A stretch of DNA of 64,000 bases from an uncultured Actinomycetes bacterium (GCA_963727235.1 CAVSFZ010000012.1:19408-83407), one strand, 5' to 3'; shown: positions 54,411-63,786, counted from the first letter of the stretch. Numbers and translations are program-made. The notes: generated by a model not told the origin, from the letters alone.

Positions 54411-55539
54411 TCACATGAGATCCCGCAGCAGCTCGCGTGCGATCACGATCCGCTGGATCTGGTTGGTGCCCTCGTAGATCTGGGTGATCTTGGCGTCGCG
54501 CATCAGGCGCTCCGCCGGAAACTCCTGCATGTACCCGTATCCACCGAGGATCTGAACGGCGTCGGTGGTGACGGCCATGGCCGCATCCGAGCAGGCCAGC
54601 TTGCACATCGCCGAAAGCTTGGTTAACCTGAGCTCCGTCCTCTCCCCGATCGAGCATCTCCCCCACCCGGTACAGCAGCCCACGGCCGGCCTCGACCGCG
54701 GTGGCCATGTCGGCCAACATGAACTGGATGCCTTGCTGTTCTGCGATCGGCTTGCCGAACGCCACCCGCTCGGTGGCATACCGGCTGGAAAGGTCGAGTG
54801 CAGCCTGGGCAATCCCCAGGGCCTGGGCTGCGATTCCGGGCCGCGACCGATCGAGCACCCGCATGGCCAGCCGGAAGCCCGTGCCCGGCTCACCCACCAG
54901 GCGATCGCCGGGAACCCGGCAGGAATCGAAGTGAAGCTCGCCGGTGGTCGAGCCCTTGATGCCCATCTTGGGCTCGATCCGCCCCACCGCGAAGCCGGGA
55001 TCGTCGGCGTGGACGAGAAACGCCGAGATGCCGTCGCCGGTTTGGGCAAACACGGTGTACACCGCCGCCACCCCGGCGTTGGTGATGAACCGCTTGGTGC
55101 CGTCGATCACCCAGTGGTCGCCGTCCCGGCGGGCGGTGGTGGCGATGGCCTGAGCGTCGGAGCCGGCTCCCGGCTCGGTCAATGCGTACGCCGCCAGCCA
55201 CTCGCCACTGGCAAACCGCGGCAGGTAGGCGTGTTTCTGGTGCTCGCTGCCGGCCAGCAGCACCGGCAGGCCGCCCAGCCCCTGAACCGCCAGGATCAGG
55301 CCCACCGAGGCATCTGCCCACGACAGCTCCTCCACCGCGCGCAGGTGCACCAGGGTGCCGGTGCCGGTACCGCCGTATTCAGCCGGAAACGCGAGTGCGA
55401 ACACGTCGGCGTCACGCATCAGCTCGACCGCGTCCCACGGGAACTGCCCGGTGTGATCAACCTCCGCCGCGCGTGGCGCGATCCGCTCCCGCGCCAGCGT
55501 GCGTACCGCGTCGATCAGCAACTCGTGCTCGGCGTTCAA
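54411..55539 (-). pseudogene. acyl-CoA dehydrogenase, apparent frameshift between 54615 and 54648
   Basis: The N-terminal roughly 300 aa (YALTEPGAGSDA...[12 protein letters not shown]...) are in ORF 54319..55539. The conserved C-terminus ([16 protein letters not shown]...[39 protein letters not shown]) is in ORF 54411..55049. Confidence 0.8.
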
Positions 55540-56717
55540 ACCTCGATCAGCTCCTCGGGCGCGGTGGTGAGGGTGTCGTAGCCGCGGGCGGTGACGGCGT
55601 AGGTGTTCTCGATCCCGACTGCTCCCCGATCGGCGAAGACGAACTTGGGCTCGATCGCCACCACGTTTCCCTCCACCAGCGGTTGATCGAACCCCGGCGC
55701 GAGCACCGGTGTCTCGTCCACCTCCATGCCGATCCCGTGGCCGAGGAAGCGAACACGCGATGCCCCGGCACCCATGAAGTGCTGCTCCAGCCCGGCGTCG
55801 GCGGCCATCCGCTCGGCCAGGCCGAACAGCTCGGCCGGCACCGCGCCGGGGCGCAGCTCGGCCTCCACGGCGCGCAGGATCGCCACCGTGAGGTCATAGG
55901 CGGCTCGGATATCGGGTGCCACCGCTCCGATTGCAAAGGTGCGGGTCTGATCGGCCAGCCAGCCGTTCCAGGCTCCCACGATGTCCACGATCACCGGGTC
56001 GCCGACGGCCAGCACCCGGCTGCCCGCGCCCTTACCGATCACCGGATTGGGTCCCGATCCGCACAGCGGCGAGTCGGAGTAGCCGGGCACCGCGCCGCCG
56101 GCGCCGCTGAGCACCTGGCCGAAGTGCAGCTCCTGATTGAATCCGCGGTAGCGCATCAGTCCCTGGTGGCCCGCCTTCCGCAGGATACTCTCAACCTCTA
56201 CTTGAACCTGAGACTCAGTCAAACCTGCTCGCAGCAGGCTGGGTACTGCACGGGTCGCCTGATCGACTTGGGCGGCGGCCACCCGCATGTCGGCGATGTC
56301 CTGCAAGCTCTTCCGCGAGCGCACGGCGGCGATCGCCGAGGATGCGTCACCGACCCGGTATCCGTCCAGCCGGCGGACATATCCGAGATAGGTGGCGGCG
56401 CGCAGGACATCAAGCTCGAACCCGATCAGCGAGCCGGGCTCCAGCCCCGCATCGACCAGCGCCGGGGCGAGCCCCGAGAGCGACCGCAGCGAGTCGATCG
56501 AGGCCAGCGGCGACTCCGCCCGCGCCCGCTCCAACGTGCGCCGCACCAGCAGCCGTGGCTCGCCCGTGGCCGGCACGATCAGGTGGGCCTGCTGGTTGGT
56601 TCCGGTGAAGTAGGCCAGATCGGTGTTCTGCACGATCACGGCGCCGTCCAACCCGCCCGCAAGCAGCTCTGTGCGCAAGCAAACCAGCCGCTGTTCGATC
56701 CGCTCCGGCGAGAACAT
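55536..56717 (-). CDS. M24-family Xaa-Pro aminopeptidase/creatinase-like hydrolase
   Basis: Starts at ATG 56717 (MFSPERIEQRL...). The metal-binding region reads VDIVGAWNGWLADQTRTF...GHGIGMEVDE...IEPKF...GIENTY. Confidence 0.8.
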   Translation of the reverse strand: MFSPERIEQRLVCLRTELLAGGLDGAVIVQNTDLAYFTGTNQQAHLIVPATGEPRLLVRRTLERARAESPLASIDSLRSLSGLAPALVDAGLEPGSLIGFELDVLRAATYLGYVRRLDGYRVGDASSAIAAVRSRKSLQDIADMRVAAAQVDQATRAVPSLLRAGLTESQVQVEVESILRKAGHQGLMRYRGFNQELHFGQVLSGAGGAVPGYSDSPLCGSGPNPVIGKGAGSRVLAVGDPVIVDIVGAWNGWLADQTRTFAIGAVAPDIRAAYDLTVAILRAVEAELRPGAVPAELFGLAERMAADAGLEQHFMGAGASRVRFLGHGIGMEVDETPVLAPGFDQPLVEGNVVAIEPKFVFADRGAVGIENTYAVTARGYDTLTTAPEELIEV

Positions 56718-56735
56718 GGGGTTACGATACCGGCC

Positions 56736-58370
56736 GTGACCGCTGACCTGATCCTCGAGAACGGTGTCGTCCACACCGTCGACGCAGCCCGCCGGGTGGC
56801 CTCGTGCGTGGCCGTCAGCAACGGCCGCATCGTCACCGTCGGCGACTCGCAGGAGATGGCCGAGCAGCGCGGCCCCAATACCCGGGTGATCGACATGCAG
56901 GGCGGGATGCTCCTACCCGGTTTTCAGGACGCCCACGCCCACCCGGCCCAGTCCGGGCACGGCATGACCCAGTGCGCCCTGCAGGAGATCGAGGGACGCG
57001 AGCAGACCTGCCTGACGATCGCCGCCTACGCCCGCGCACATCCCGACAAGGACTGGATTCTCGGCAGCGGCTGGTCGATGGGCGATTTCCCCGGCGGCCT
57101 CCCCACCCGCGAGGAGCTGGACGAACTCGTGCCCGACCGCCCGGCCGCCCTGATCAACCGCGACTACCACGGCATGTGGGTCAACAGCCGCGCGCTGGAG
57201 TTGATCGGCGTCACCGATTCCACTCCCGACCCCGAGGGCGGCCGGATCGAACGCGACGCCTCCGGGCGCGCCACCGGGGTGTTGCAGGAACTGGCCCAGC
57301 ATCTCGCCACCGACGTCTTCCCAAGCGTCACCGTCGACGACTACGCCCGCGGCATCAAGCTCGCCCAGGACTACTACTTCAGCCTGGGAATCACCGCCTG
57401 GGCCGACGCGCTGGTGGACACCGGCATTCAGGCGGCCTACGCCGCTGTGGCGGAGTCGGGCGAACTCAAAGTGCGAGTGCGGGCGATGCTCGGCTGGGAC
57501 CCCGGCGCTGACATCAGCCAACTCGACGAGCTGATCGAGCGCCGGTCCGCGGGCAGCGTCGGACGATTGGTCTGTGACGAGGTCAAGTTCTTCCACGACG
57601 GCGTGTTCGAGAACTTCACCGCGGCGATGCTGGATCCGTACCTCGACTCGTCCGGCGTCCCCGGCCAGAGTCGCGGCCTGGACATGTACGACCTGGACGA
57701 CCTCACCCGCTACGTGACCGCCTGCGACGCCGCCGGGTTCCAGGTCCACATCCACGCCCTCGGAAACCGCGCCGTACGCGAGTGTCTGGACGTCTTCGAG
57801 CACGTCCAGGCGCACAATGGCCGGCGCGACTCGCGCCACCATCTGGCGCACCTGCAGTTCGTGGATCCAACAGACATCCCCAGGCTGCGACAGCTGAACG
57901 TGACCGCCAACGTGACCCCGCTGTGGGCACGCCGGGAGGAGAGCGTCGAGCTGCTCACCCTGCCGTTTGTCACCGACCAGGTGGCCCGCACGATGTATCC
58001 GTTTGCAAGCATCCACGCCACCGGTGGAAAGCTCGCGTTCGGCAGCGACTGGGCGGTGTCGACCCCGGCTCCGCTGGAGCAGCTGTCCACCGCCGTGAAC
58101 CGGTGCGATCCGCGCAGGAACACCACCGAGCCGCTATTCGCCGAGGAGCAGCTCGACTTGGAGACGGCGATCGCCGCTCAGACCATCAACGCCGCCTACG
58201 TCGGTTTCATCGATCGACACACCGGCAGTATCGAGCCGGGCAAGCTGGCCGATCTGGTGCTGCTCGATCGCGACCTGTTCGCGGCCGGAAGCGACGACAT
58301 CGCCGGGGCACAAACGCTCATGACCCTCTCCGAAGGCGACGTCGTGTACGCCGCCGACGGCTGGTCGTGA
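56736..58370 (+). CDS. metal-dependent amidohydrolase (YtcJ-like)
   Basis: Starts at GTG 56736 (VTADLILENGVVHTVD...). Motifs are LPGFQDAHAHP, the downstream HIHALGN and GSDW. Confidence 0.75.
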   Translation: MTADLILENGVVHTVDAARRVASCVAVSNGRIVTVGDSQEMAEQRGPNTRVIDMQGGMLLPGFQDAHAHPAQSGHGMTQCALQEIEGREQTCLTIAAYARAHPDKDWILGSGWSMGDFPGGLPTREELDELVPDRPAALINRDYHGMWVNSRALELIGVTDSTPDPEGGRIERDASGRATGVLQELAQHLATDVFPSVTVDDYARGIKLAQDYYFSLGITAWADALVDTGIQAAYAAVAESGELKVRVRAMLGWDPGADISQLDELIERRSAGSVGRLVCDEVKFFHDGVFENFTAAMLDPYLDSSGVPGQSRGLDMYDLDDLTRYVTACDAAGFQVHIHALGNRAVRECLDVFEHVQAHNGRRDSRHHLAHLQFVDPTDIPRLRQLNVTANVTPLWARREESVELLTLPFVTDQVARTMYPFASIHATGGKLAFGSDWAVSTPAPLEQLSTAVNRCDPRRNTTEPLFAEEQLDLETAIAAQTINAAYVGFIDRHTGSIEPGKLADLVLLDRDLFAAGSDDIAGAQTLMTLSEGDVVYAADGWS

Positions 58371-59842
58371 TCCTCGAAAACGGGTCGATCTACACCCTCG
58401 ATCCGCGGCTTCCGCGAGTGCGTGCGCTGTCGCTGGCCGGCCGTCTGATCGTCGGTGGGGTGGATGTGCGTGAGGGCGACGACGACAGCGTGGGTCACGA
58501 ACGCGTCGACCTGGACGGCCGCTGTGTGCTGCCCGGCTTCTGTGACAGCCATCTCCACTTCCGATCCTGGGCGCTGGCCCGCCGCGAGCTCGACCTGACG
58601 ACGTGTGGCTCGCGGGCCGAGACACTCGCGCAGGCCGCCGGTGCTGACGGCCAAGGCTGGATCCGCGGCCGCGGCTGGCGGGCGGCCGCGTGGTCAGACG
58701 GTGCCCCGTCGGCGGCTGTGCTGGACGAGGTCACCGGCGAGCGGCCGACGGCGCTCACCGCCCACGACGGCCACACGCTGTGGGTCAACTCGGCCGCGCT
58801 TCGATCGGCCGGAATCGAGCACGCCAGCGGCGTCCTGCAGGAGCGCGAAGCCTGGGCTTTTCCGCTTCCAGAACCGTCCCCGCTGGAGGTCTCGCAGGCC
58901 GTGCGGGCGACCATGGCGGAGGCCAACGCCCGGGGGGTGGTGGCCATCCTCGATCTCGAATTCGCCGGCGGTCGTGATCTGTGGCAGCGGCTGGACGCCG
59001 ACCGGCGCCTGAGCTTGCGGGTGCACATGGGCGTCGCCGCGGAACAGCTGGACGCCGCGCGCTCGCTGGAGCTGCGCTCGGGGTTCGGCAGCGAGCTGCT
59101 GAAGGTGGGGCCGGTGAAGGTGTTCATGGACGGCACGCTGGGCTCGGAAACCGCCTGGATGCTGGACGGATCCGGTCAGGTACTGACCTCTCAGGCCGAA
59201 CTCGAAGAGATCGTCTTGGAGGCGGCGGCAGGGGGGCTGGACGTGGCCGTGCATGCCATCGGCGACGGCGCCAACCGGGCCGCCCTGAATGCCTTCGAGA
59301 CCACCCGCGAGCGGTGGGAGCAGGCGCTCACCCGTCCCCGGATCGAGCATGTCCAGTGCCTCGACGACGCAGACCTGGAGCGGTTTGCCGGGCTCGGCGT
59401 GATCGCCTCGATGCAGCCCAGCCACGCCACCTCTGACCGCGACGTGGCCGACCGGCTGTGGGGTGAGCGGGCAGCCTGCGCGTATCGCACCCGCGACCTG
59501 CTCGACTCGGGCGCGCATGTCGTGTTCGGCTCCGACGCCCCGGTGGAGCCGCTCGACCCACTGGCGGGCATCCATGCAGCCGTCCATCGCACTACCGACC
59601 AGCGCGACCCGTGGTACCCGGAACAGCGAATTCCGGTGGCCGACGCAGTGCTCGGCTTCACGGCGGCGGGAGCCTACGCCGTCGGCGACGAGCGCCGGCG
59701 CGGGCTGCTGCTGCCCGGCTACGCCGCCGATCTGGTGGTGCTCGACACCGACATCATCGCCGAGCCGGAGCGGATCTCCGAGGCCCGGGTGGAGGCCACC
59801 ATGCTGGCCGGACGGTGGGTGCACGGCGCTCCGCCGTGGTGA
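58367..59842 (+). CDS. metal-dependent amidohydrolase (YtcJ-like), paralogue of the preceding gene
   Basis: The GTG start at 58367 makes a GTGA overlap with the upstream stop. Motifs are LPGFCDSHLHF, AVHAIGDGA and GSDAPVEP. Confidence 0.75.
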   Translation: MILENGSIYTLDPRLPRVRALSLAGRLIVGGVDVREGDDDSVGHERVDLDGRCVLPGFCDSHLHFRSWALARRELDLTTCGSRAETLAQAAGADGQGWIRGRGWRAAAWSDGAPSAAVLDEVTGERPTALTAHDGHTLWVNSAALRSAGIEHASGVLQEREAWAFPLPEPSPLEVSQAVRATMAEANARGVVAILDLEFAGGRDLWQRLDADRRLSLRVHMGVAAEQLDAARSLELRSGFGSELLKVGPVKVFMDGTLGSETAWMLDGSGQVLTSQAELEEIVLEAAAGGLDVAVHAIGDGANRAALNAFETTRERWEQALTRPRIEHVQCLDDADLERFAGLGVIASMQPSHATSDRDVADRLWGERAACAYRTRDLLDSGAHVVFGSDAPVEPLDPLAGIHAAVHRTTDQRDPWYPEQRIPVADAVLGFTAAGAYAVGDERRRGLLLPGYAADLVVLDTDIIAEPERISEARVEATMLAGRWVHGAPPW

Positions 59843-59845
59843 CCG

Positions 59846-60853
59846 TCACTTCTGCAGCTTGGTGCAGGCTGCGCCGCTGGGGTTGTCGAGACAGGCGATG
59901 AACACCTTGGCGACGGCGCTGTATGGGCCGTGGGGATCGTTTGCCAGCACCAGTCGCATCTGCGCGATCGTGTCCTGGCGATCCTTCAGCCAGAAGAACA
60001 GCAGCCCCACGTGGAAACGGATCTCGGCGTTTCGGGGGTGAGAGTGGGCCAGGGTCATCAGGTTGCCGAGCGCGACAGCTGTGTTCTCCTTGTCGAAGCC
60101 GAGCACGTTTGAGGCCACCACCGGGGCGATCGCCCCCGGGGCAAGGCTCTGAGCGCGCTGGGCGGCGGCGATCGCCTTGGCCCGATCGATGCCCTGCAGC
60201 TTCCACGCCAAGTCGAGCCACGCGGTGGCGTCGCCGGGGTGTCGCTTGACGGCTGCCTGCAGCTGAGCCAGCGAGCCCTTGGGCGCGGTCCCGGCAAGCG
60301 TATAGCTCGGATATCCCGGGAACTCCTTGTAGTTCAGGAGGTTGTCGGCCTCGGTGCCGTAGTAGCCGTACATGTCAGCGTGTTTGACGTGCTCCAGGCT
60401 TGCCACCGAGTCCTGCACCTGCCCCGCCCAGAACTGGGCGATGCCGAGCGCAAGACCGACCGCCAGCGAGTTCTGCGGCAGTTGCTCGAGCGCGTCGATC
60501 GTCTGCTGCCGCCGGGCCATGGTGTCGGTGGCCATCAACTCGGCCACCCGGATCCGCACGTCGCCTGCTGGCAACAGCCGGCGGGCAGCGTCGGCCACGG
60601 CTGCGGGATCTTGAGGGTCGGCGGTGTTTCCGCCGGGAAGCTTGATCACAGCCGGCGGCAGCCCGCTCAACGGATGGACGGCTGGGGCCGCTTTGGTATC
60701 TGATCCCGCGGTCATCCACACCACCCCAGCGACCGCCAGTCCCACCCCAGCGGCAACGCCCACGAGCACCATCAGACGGCGCTTGGACAGGCCGGGAATA
60801 CCGGTACCCGGGGGCCCGTTTAACTCATTGACGGCGGAGGGTTTTGGATCCAT
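59846..60853 (-). CDS. hypothetical membrane-anchored protein with a helical-repeat-like ectodomain
   Basis: 335 aa with a single TM (LMVLVGVAAGVGLAVAGVVWM) followed by an alpha-helical-looking region. I did not recognise a family. Confidence 0.45.
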   Translation of the reverse strand: MDPKPSAVNELNGPPGTGIPGLSKRRLMVLVGVAAGVGLAVAGVVWMTAGSDTKAAPAVHPLSGLPPAVIKLPGGNTADPQDPAAVADAARRLLPAGDVRIRVAELMATDTMARRQQTIDALEQLPQNSLAVGLALGIAQFWAGQVQDSVASLEHVKHADMYGYYGTEADNLLNYKEFPGYPSYTLAGTAPKGSLAQLQAAVKRHPGDATAWLDLAWKLQGIDRAKAIAAAQRAQSLAPGAIAPVVASNVLGFDKENTAVALGNLMTLAHSHPRNAEIRFHVGLLFFWLKDRQDTIAQMRLVLANDPHGPYSAVAKVFIACLDNPSGAACTKLQK

Positions 60854-60932
60854 TCGCTGGCTATACTGAGAAGCAGAGCACGCATTTTCGGCCCGCGCCT
60901 CGGCGACTGGGCAGGTTGGAACCGAAGGGTAG

Positions 60933-62138
60933 GTGAAACAGGTGATCTCAGCACGCGATTACCTGGCGAAGGCACGTGGTGAGATTCGTGAGGAGACGGT
61001 GCAGGAAGCCGCCGAGCGGCTCCAGCAGACGCCCCCTCCGGCACTGATCGACGTTCGCGAACGCCATGAGTACGAGCAAGGATTCATTCCGGGGGCGATC
61101 CACATCCCCCGTGGGTTCCTCGAGTCCCGCATCGAGCGAAACGTGCTCGAACGGTCGACTCCGATCGTGATCTATTGCGCCAGCGGAGAGCGCTCGGTGT
61201 ACGCCACCAAGACGCTCAACGATCTCGGCTACAGCGACGTCGTCTCGATGAAGGGCGGCTTTGCCGGCTGGAAGGAGAACGGCCACGAGTGGAAGGTGCC
61301 GCGGGCACTCACACCCGAGCAGTACGAGCGCTATAGCCGGCATGTGCTGATTCCCGAGGTTGGTGAGGAAGGGCAGCTCAAGCTGCTCGACTCCAAGGTG
61401 CTGCTGATCGGCGCGGGCGGGCTGGGCTCGCCGGCGGCCGTGTATCTGGCCGCAGCCGGAGTCGGCACCATCGGAGTGATCGACGCCGACGTCGTGGACG
61501 TCTCCAACCTCCAGCGCCAGATCGTGCATACGGTCGATCGGGTGGGGATGAACAAGGTCGACTCGGCCGAGATCGCGATCAAGAGCATCAACCCCGAGGT
61601 CAACGTCGTCAAGTACACCGAGCGGCTGACCTCCGAGAACGTGCTTTCCGTGATCACTGGGTATGACGTGATCGTGGACGGCACCGACAACTTCCCGACG
61701 CGCTATCTGCTGAACGACGCCAGCCTGGTGGCCGGCATCCCCGTCGTGCACGGATCGATCTACCAGTTCGAGGGATCGGTGACCGTGTACAAGCCGTATG
61801 AAGGGCCGTGCTACCGCTGCCAGTATCCAGAGCCGCCGCCACCCGAGCTGGCGCCGTCGTGTGCCGAGGGCGGAGTGCTGGGGATCCTTCCCGGCGTGAT
61901 CGGCTCGCTGCAGGCGACCGAGGCGGTCAAGCTGCTGCTCGGCATCGGCAACCCGCTGATCGGCCGGCAGCTGCGCTACGACGCACTCGAGATGGAGTTC
62001 GTCGAGCTGAAGATGCGACGCGATCCCGACTGCCCGGTGTGCAGCAAGGATCCGTCCCAGATCGAGTTCATCGACTACGAGCAGTTCTGCGCGCTACCCT
62101 CCCGGGCTGCTAACCCCCCGAAGGAGGCAGTAGCTTGA
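60933..62138 (+). CDS. moeZ: MoeB/ThiF-type adenylyltransferase fused to an N-terminal rhodanese domain (MoeZ-like sulfur-carrier activator)
   Basis: The rhodanese domain has an active-site Cys (IVIYCASGERS). It is followed by the ThiF fold (VLLIGAGGLGSPAAVYLAAAGVG) and CxxC pairs (CYRC...CPVC). Confidence 0.8.
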   Translation: MKQVISARDYLAKARGEIREETVQEAAERLQQTPPPALIDVRERHEYEQGFIPGAIHIPRGFLESRIERNVLERSTPIVIYCASGERSVYATKTLNDLGYSDVVSMKGGFAGWKENGHEWKVPRALTPEQYERYSRHVLIPEVGEEGQLKLLDSKVLLIGAGGLGSPAAVYLAAAGVGTIGVIDADVVDVSNLQRQIVHTVDRVGMNKVDSAEIAIKSINPEVNVVKYTERLTSENVLSVITGYDVIVDGTDNFPTRYLLNDASLVAGIPVVHGSIYQFEGSVTVYKPYEGPCYRCQYPEPPPPELAPSCAEGGVLGILPGVIGSLQATEAVKLLLGIGNPLIGRQLRYDALEMEFVELKMRRDPDCPVCSKDPSQIEFIDYEQFCALPSRAANPPKEAVA

Positions 62139-62416
62139 GCACGGTTCGAATGCCCCCGATTCTGCGCCAGGCGGTCGGCGGCGCCCGCGAAGTCGACGCC
62201 TCGGGCGCGACTGTGCGGGAACTGCTGGGCGACCTCACCACCCGGTATCCGGCCATCAAGGGTCACCTGCTGGACGATGGCGGCGATCTCAACCGGTTCG
62301 TGAACGTGTACGTGAATAACGAGGACGTACGGCTTGGCGATGGTCTCGAGACCGCGGTGGGGCCCGATTCGACCGTGATCGTGCTGCCCGCCATGGCCGG
62401 CGGAGCCGCCCGCTGA
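62135..62416 (+). CDS. cysO: MoaD/ThiS-family sulfur-carrier protein (CysO-like) with a GG-AAR C-terminus
   Basis: 93 aa with a TTG start overlapping the moeZ stop (TTGA). It resembles my recollection of M. tuberculosis CysO (..PTIL...GG...FVN.YVN.EDVR...LPA.AGG). It ends in AMAGG followed by AAR. Confidence 0.75.
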   Translation: MSTVRMPPILRQAVGGAREVDASGATVRELLGDLTTRYPAIKGHLLDDGGDLNRFVNVYVNNEDVRLGDGLETAVGPDSTVIVLPAMAGGAAR

Positions 62417-63372
62417 TGAGCTGTCTCAAGGTCGAACGCGGAGCGGCACTCTCGGCAGTGGGCAATACGCCGCTGATCGAGCTCCCGCGGATGGCACCCC
62501 ACGAGGGTGTCAAGATCTTCGCCAAGCTCGAGGAGCAGAATCCCACCGGCTCGGTCAAGGACCGGGTCGCACTGCAGATGGTCGAGGTGGCCGAGGAGTC
62601 GGGCGAACTCCAGCCCGGTCAGCAGATCCTTGAGCCCACCTCGGGCAATACCGGCATTGCTCTGGCCATGATCGGCAAGGTCAAGGGCTACCCGGTCAGC
62701 GTGGTGATGCCGGAATCGGCGACACCCGAGCGGGTTGAGTTGCTGCGGATGTACGGGGCCAACATCATCTTCTCGCCCGGCAATCTCGGATCGAACGGGG
62801 CGGTGGCCAAGGCCCGCCAGATGGCGGAGGCCGATCCCAGCCTGTTCATGCCGTTCCAGTACGCCAACGAGGCAAACCCCGCCGCCCACTACTGCGGCAC
62901 CGCGCTCGAGATCCTTGACCAGGTACCCGACGGGCGCGTCGATGCGTTCGTGGCGGGCCTCGGCACCGGCGGCACGTTGATGGGCTGCGGGCGCCGCCTG
63001 CGAGAGTCCAACCCGACGGTGCAGATCGTCGCCGCCGAGCCGCTCCAGGGCGATCCGGTGATGGGCCTTCGCAGCCTCGAGGACGGCTATACGCCACCGA
63101 TTCTGGACATCACCCAGCTCGACCGTAAGGTGCTGGTGTCAAACGGCGAGGCGGTGCTGGCCTTGCGCAAGCTGCTCGACCTGGAAGGCGTCTTCGCCGG
63201 CGTCTCGGCCGGAGCCGCGCTGGCGGTGGCCCGCAAGGTGGCCGACGAGATGGTGGAAGGAAACGTGGTCGTGCTGTTCGCCGATGGTGGCTCCAAGTAC
63301 ATGAGCGCCGGCCTCTACACCACTCCCACCGAGCAACTCGAACGCGAGATGGAAGAGCGCGTCTGGTGGTGA
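62416..63372 (+). CDS. cysM: cysteine synthase B-type (CysM, thiocarboxylate-dependent by context)
   Basis: 318 aa with NPTGSVKDR (PLP Lys) and TSGNTGIALA. The ATG overlaps the cysO stop (TGATG). Confidence 0.85.
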   Translation: MSCLKVERGAALSAVGNTPLIELPRMAPHEGVKIFAKLEEQNPTGSVKDRVALQMVEVAEESGELQPGQQILEPTSGNTGIALAMIGKVKGYPVSVVMPESATPERVELLRMYGANIIFSPGNLGSNGAVAKARQMAEADPSLFMPFQYANEANPAAHYCGTALEILDQVPDGRVDAFVAGLGTGGTLMGCGRRLRESNPTVQIVAAEPLQGDPVMGLRSLEDGYTPPILDITQLDRKVLVSNGEAVLALRKLLDLEGVFAGVSAGAALAVARKVADEMVEGNVVVLFADGGSKYMSAGLYTTPTEQLEREMEERVWW

Positions 63373-63761
63373 TTCCGGCGGACGTGCGCGACGCAATCGT
63401 CGCCCATGCCCGCGCCGGACTCCCGAACGAGGCGTGCGGGATCCTGGCCGGAGTGGATGGGCGCGTGGAGCGCTTCTTCCCGGCTGAGTCGGACGAGCCC
63501 AGCCCCTATTACTACCGGATCGAGTCGCGCGACCAGATCCGGATCATGAACGAGATCGACGACGCCGGACTGGATCTGATCGGGATCTATCACTCGCACG
63601 TCTCTTCGCCGGCGTATCCCAGCCGCACCGATGCCGAACAGGCATTCTGGCCCGACGCGGTGTATGTGATTGTCTCCCTGGCGGGCGCCGAGGCCGACGT
63701 CCGGGGCTATCGAATCGCCGACATGCTCGCCACCGAAGAGCCGCTCGAGATCAGTGAATAA
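63366..63761 (+). CDS. mec: JAMM/MPN+ metalloprotease (Mec-like)
   Basis: 131 aa with NEACG and the JAMM motif YHSHVSSPAYPSRTD. It overlaps cysM by 7 nt. The stop TAA (63759-63761) lies in the palindrome arm. Confidence 0.8.
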   Translation: MVIPADVRDAIVAHARAGLPNEACGILAGVDGRVERFFPAESDEPSPYYYRIESRDQIRIMNEIDDAGLDLIGIYHSHVSSPAYPSRTDAEQAFWPDAVYVIVSLAGAEADVRGYRIADMLATEEPLEISE

Positions 63762-63786
63762 TTGGTGCCAGGCACCAATTATTCAT
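63754..63786. repeat. 33-bp palindrome, TT/AA subtype (last base C->T)
   Basis: Sequence gtgaataattggtgcc-a-ggcaccaattattcat. It is the first copy of a terminal cluster. Confidence 0.9.

Noticed and set aside
62312-62320. GTGAATAAC inside cysO, and gttattcat at 385-393 inside atpB, which match a palindrome arm.
   Set aside because: Only one arm matches, with no GGTGCCWGGCACC core and no partner arm. Both are in-frame Asn-Asn codons of conserved proteins. These are most likely chance matches.
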